From the NCBI RefSeq assembly GCF_009914755.1, contig NC_060936.1: a stretch of DNA of 64,000 nucleotides. One strand, given 5' to 3'. A program made the translations under genes and the position numbers. Source of the DNA: the human T2T-CHM13v2.0 reference genome, Homo sapiens. Below the pieces are notes generated by a model that was not told where the DNA came from, made no database searches, and worked only from the letters and a program-made list of their open reading frames with translations. Position 1 is the stretch's first letter; each line of letters starts with the position of its first letter. Below, in pieces: positions 59,660 to 64,000 of this stretch.

Positions 59660-61581
59660 TATTGGTCAAATCAAAGTCTCTAAAAAATGCTTACATAAAG
59701 TAAAAGCTCTCTATAACGTTATTAGCTGATTATGCTGGTAAGCATCCTTTACATAATAATTCTCCTCCCTTGTATTGAATTAAATTAATTCTCCTGCCTA
59801 TATTGGCATATAAACTTTGGGGGTTTTTCTCTTATTTAGTATAGGCTTTAGGGGCATATAAACTTTGAACCACATAAATGAAAATTACTTTAAGTATATT
59901 TGGAGATGGAAAGAGACCCTTAATATTGAAGCAGCCATGCTTTCATCTTCAGAATATTTAAATGTACATTGTTAAAATGTAAATTGTGAATAGTTTGAAA
60001 ACTGAAAGTTCTTTCTTAAAAATTAATTTCTTTGATTTAAAATATTACGTGCTTTGAAATAAAATGGGATATATACTGCATACTTAAAGAGATTTCTTCT
60101 TGAGGCTCACAGCACTTCACAAGCATGAAATAATGTGCAAATGCATTAACTCTGGTTATTTATGACAAGTCTCTAAGGGGAGGTAAAAGAATGGTCTCCA
60201 AGACATTTTCTCTTTAAAAAATTAAAGTTCTTTAATTATTGATATTGAGAATTTCAGTTAAGTGCCATATGTCTGGGTTAAACTTTAACCTTTTTTGTAA
60301 TGCAATTAAATCCAAGAGATAGATATAGGCAAATACAGAGCAGGCCAGCCGAGAAGTGTAATAGTGACTCGGAAGCAATGAGAGGTAAAACTAGGAAGAA
60401 AGGAAATGCCCAAGCAACCAAAGCCTTCCTCCTCCCAGCCCCAAGTTCCTCTAGTACTTAATCCTTAGGAGCCAGGACAATTCTGATTCAAGAGAACGCA
60501 CCTAGGATTATCAGTTGCTTACCTGTGCTTGTTAAAGTTTGAAGCTGTAAAACATATACATGTAATGATAACAAGGAAGTGTAATTTACTGAAGTCTGAC
60601 TATGCCTTAGGCATCATACAAATTTCTAAGCTATAACTCTCTAGCAGGACAATTCTTTACAACTTCCACTTTTGTACCATTTTGCTCCTTGTTGTTTTCC
60701 AACCAGGCGCCCACAAGAGAAAAGAACCAAAAAAAGTGAAGTGTTGCTTAAATAATACTAATATTCAATCATTATTAGAAAGAATAATAGCTCTAAAATA
60801 TCAGTGTAATGTTAGGTATTCCAAAGGTACTTGGAAATGCAGTGTGAATATCAAACTTTCCCAAAATTTGGAGTCTTGGTAATAACTACATTTATTGTCA
60901 ATTGAAATAGACAAAATTATTACCAGAATCCCCCCACCCTCCCCCCCAGCCCCATGTAGGTCAGGTCTCACTGCTGAGTGTGCTGTAATTATGTACACCA
61001 AATGAGCTACAGCTTGAGCTAATAATATCATACTGAGTACTAGGAAGCTGTAATTATATACAACAACATAATGTAAGGTTGGCAAGATTTTTAGTACTGG
61101 GGAATCTAGTGTCAAACAGCATCTAGCAGAGTTAAAAGCTGAACTTGAGGATTAGAATAATTGGTCTACACTGAACTGATACAGGTCATTGTGGCTCAAG
61201 CAGAATGAATTGTGTGTCTATTAGATAGCCAAATGCAATGATAGTAAATACACCTAGACATAGTGGAAAGTCTTAAATCACATATTGCATTACTTTACAA
61301 CATAAAGCATTTTAAAGATTGAGCACTGGCTACATGTCTGTGCACCATGCTGAATGCAGGAAATTTTAAAAATCAAAACAAAACCAAGATAGGAAAAGAG
61401 AATTCCTGACTGTCAATTGCTCATAGTGGCACATATAATTATGACACAGGGTGAATTTGTGTTATAATAAAGATAAGTACAAAGTCCAATGAATTAACAA
61501 TGCAGTGACAGGTCTGCTGCCTTTAATGATAACTTTACAACAAATCATACTTCTATTGCTTTGCAAAAAAAAAGTTTCCCT

Positions 61582-61894
<313 letters not shown>

Positions 61895-62361
61895 TTAAAT
61901 TTCATGCATTTCTCATATTTCCTGATAGAATAATACAGGATCAGCTTCATAAAGTTGTTTCTGTTAGGAATTTCTTCCTCCTTGATAAACCATTGTATTT
62001 TATAATGTGTCCTTCCTACTCTAAAAGCAGCAAAGATTATTCCATTGTTACAAACTTGTCTTTCCATCTGCTCTCCTTAACAAGGGTTAATCTTAGTGTC
62101 ACTTTTCAATGCCTTAACTCTGAATTCCATTTAGCTTACAGAAAGTTTTAGGAAAAAATCTGTTTGGTGGTGTTTAAAATACATGTGCTCTAATTTTTCC
62201 AAGTGCCACACTTTTATTCGGGAAGAAATTACTTGTTGGCTAAGTGATTTCTTAGGTTTTTAAGTAGTGAAGAAATTTTCAGTCCAATCAATTTGATCAT
62301 TTTCAGGAATTTGTTTCTCTGAAGGCATCTAAATTTCTTGTGAATATTTTGGGAAATGTAG

Positions 62362-62687
<326 letters not shown>

Positions 62688-62886
62688 ATTGCCTGTTTAT
62701 TCTGATGGAGCATAATTTGATTGTGCACATATTGTTCCGTTCAGGAAATGATGTGTATATTTTATGCACAATTAACCTCTTGAAGCTCTTATTAAGCAAT
62801 AACAATCACTTTGACTTAGTTATTTTTGATAGATCATCATTTAGGAAATTACTCAAGAGATCAAGAGATTCTTTTTTTCCCTCTAA

Positions 62887-63223
<337 letters not shown>

Positions 63224-63679
63224 TAAATTTTCTTCTTATTGTGAGTACTGGTGAGAATGTTCAGAGATTGTTAAGCATGGCTATTCAAAAAAAGCCAAAG
63301 AATATTGGTTATTGTTCTGCTTGCTGAGATAAAGTAGTAAAAGTGGTTTCACCCATTGTAACATAAAACATTCCTAAAAATTTATAATTATATAGCCAAA
63401 AAAGGACTGAGCCTATGAAAAGGAAGCAAAAGGTAATTATAGGTATTTATTTGGCAGAATTGAACAAGCCGATCACTGAAATGCAAAGCAGATACTACCT
63501 GTGCCATTAAACTAGAACAGCTGATTATTATAATGTGCTCCACAAGGGTTCAATTCACTGTTTCTCTTGCTATATGTAGATCACTAGATTACTGTTTTCT
63601 CCTCATCTGTTCCAGAGAAAGTACAGAATTTCTTTTTCTTTTTTTGGTCTTTTCTTTCTTTCCCTTTTTCTCTCCCTCT

Positions 63680-64000
63680 TTCTTTTTTTGCAGATAAGGT
63701 AATCCCGACTGAATCAACAGAAAGACTATAGATTTAATAAGAGAATTCAGCAAGAATGCAAGCTACAAGATCCACTCACAGAAATCAATGTTCCTCTGTA
63801 TCAACAATAATCAACTAAAAATATAACAGATTCTATAATGTCATTCACAATAGCAATCAAAAGATAAACTATGAATTTAACTGAACAATTCATAAGACCT
63901 TTATGAAGAAAAAGTTTTAAATTTATTTAAGGGCTGGAAAGCCTAAATAAATGGAGTGCTATGCCTTGTTCATGGAACAGATGGCAATACTGTAAAACAT
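63680..64000 (+). mobile_element. Old L1M ORF2 fragment (runs off the window)
   Basis: TTTGCAGATAA...TAATAAGAGAATTCAGCAAG...CATTCACAATAGCAATCAAA...CTAAATAAATGGAG...TGTTCATGGA. Confidence 0.75.

Noticed and set aside
63630-63705. Strong polypyrimidine tract plus CAG as a splice acceptor
   Set aside because: TTTGCAGAT is part of the L1 ORF2 remnant and is preceded by a simple repeat. No coding exon follows.

Overview
This is primate (most likely human) genomic DNA from an intergenic or deep intronic region. It is AT-rich, has no CpG island, and is dominated by interspersed repeats. I find no intact protein-coding gene, RNA gene or CRISPR array. The only gene-derived sequence I can identify is a near full-length, frameshifted processed pseudogene of RPL7A (7606-8493) with a 14-bp target-site duplication (TSD). 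The rest consists of about 33 Alus, solo LTRs (THE1A, MLT1/MST, MER61, MER4D-like, MER21, MER52A, an LTR35/LTR8-like ERV1), an ERV-L-type pol/dUTPase remnant, fossil LINEs (L1M, L1PA, L2, a heavily interrupted L3/CR1), MIRs and hAT DNA transposons (MER1A, Charlie1, MER58, MER63, MER5A). The ORF track is nearly all Alu, LTR or chance ORFs. I do not see evidence for a new multi-gene biological system. The best second-look items are mechanistic scars and candidate regulatory sites. (1) A 53-bp inverted copy of one Alu's 3' flank sits inside the tail of its inverted neighbour and ends at the first Pol III terminator (Alu 3' transduction versus hairpin template switch). (2) A near-consensus zero-spacer p53 element lies in a MER61 LTR. 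(3) There is an extended CTCF site. (4) A young L1 stub carries a short non-A tag inside its TSDs. (5) There are several locally templated duplications and palindromes, and reused insertion sites. Repeat subfamily names come from recalled consensus sequences rather than a RepeatMasker run, and boundaries of old repeats are approximate.
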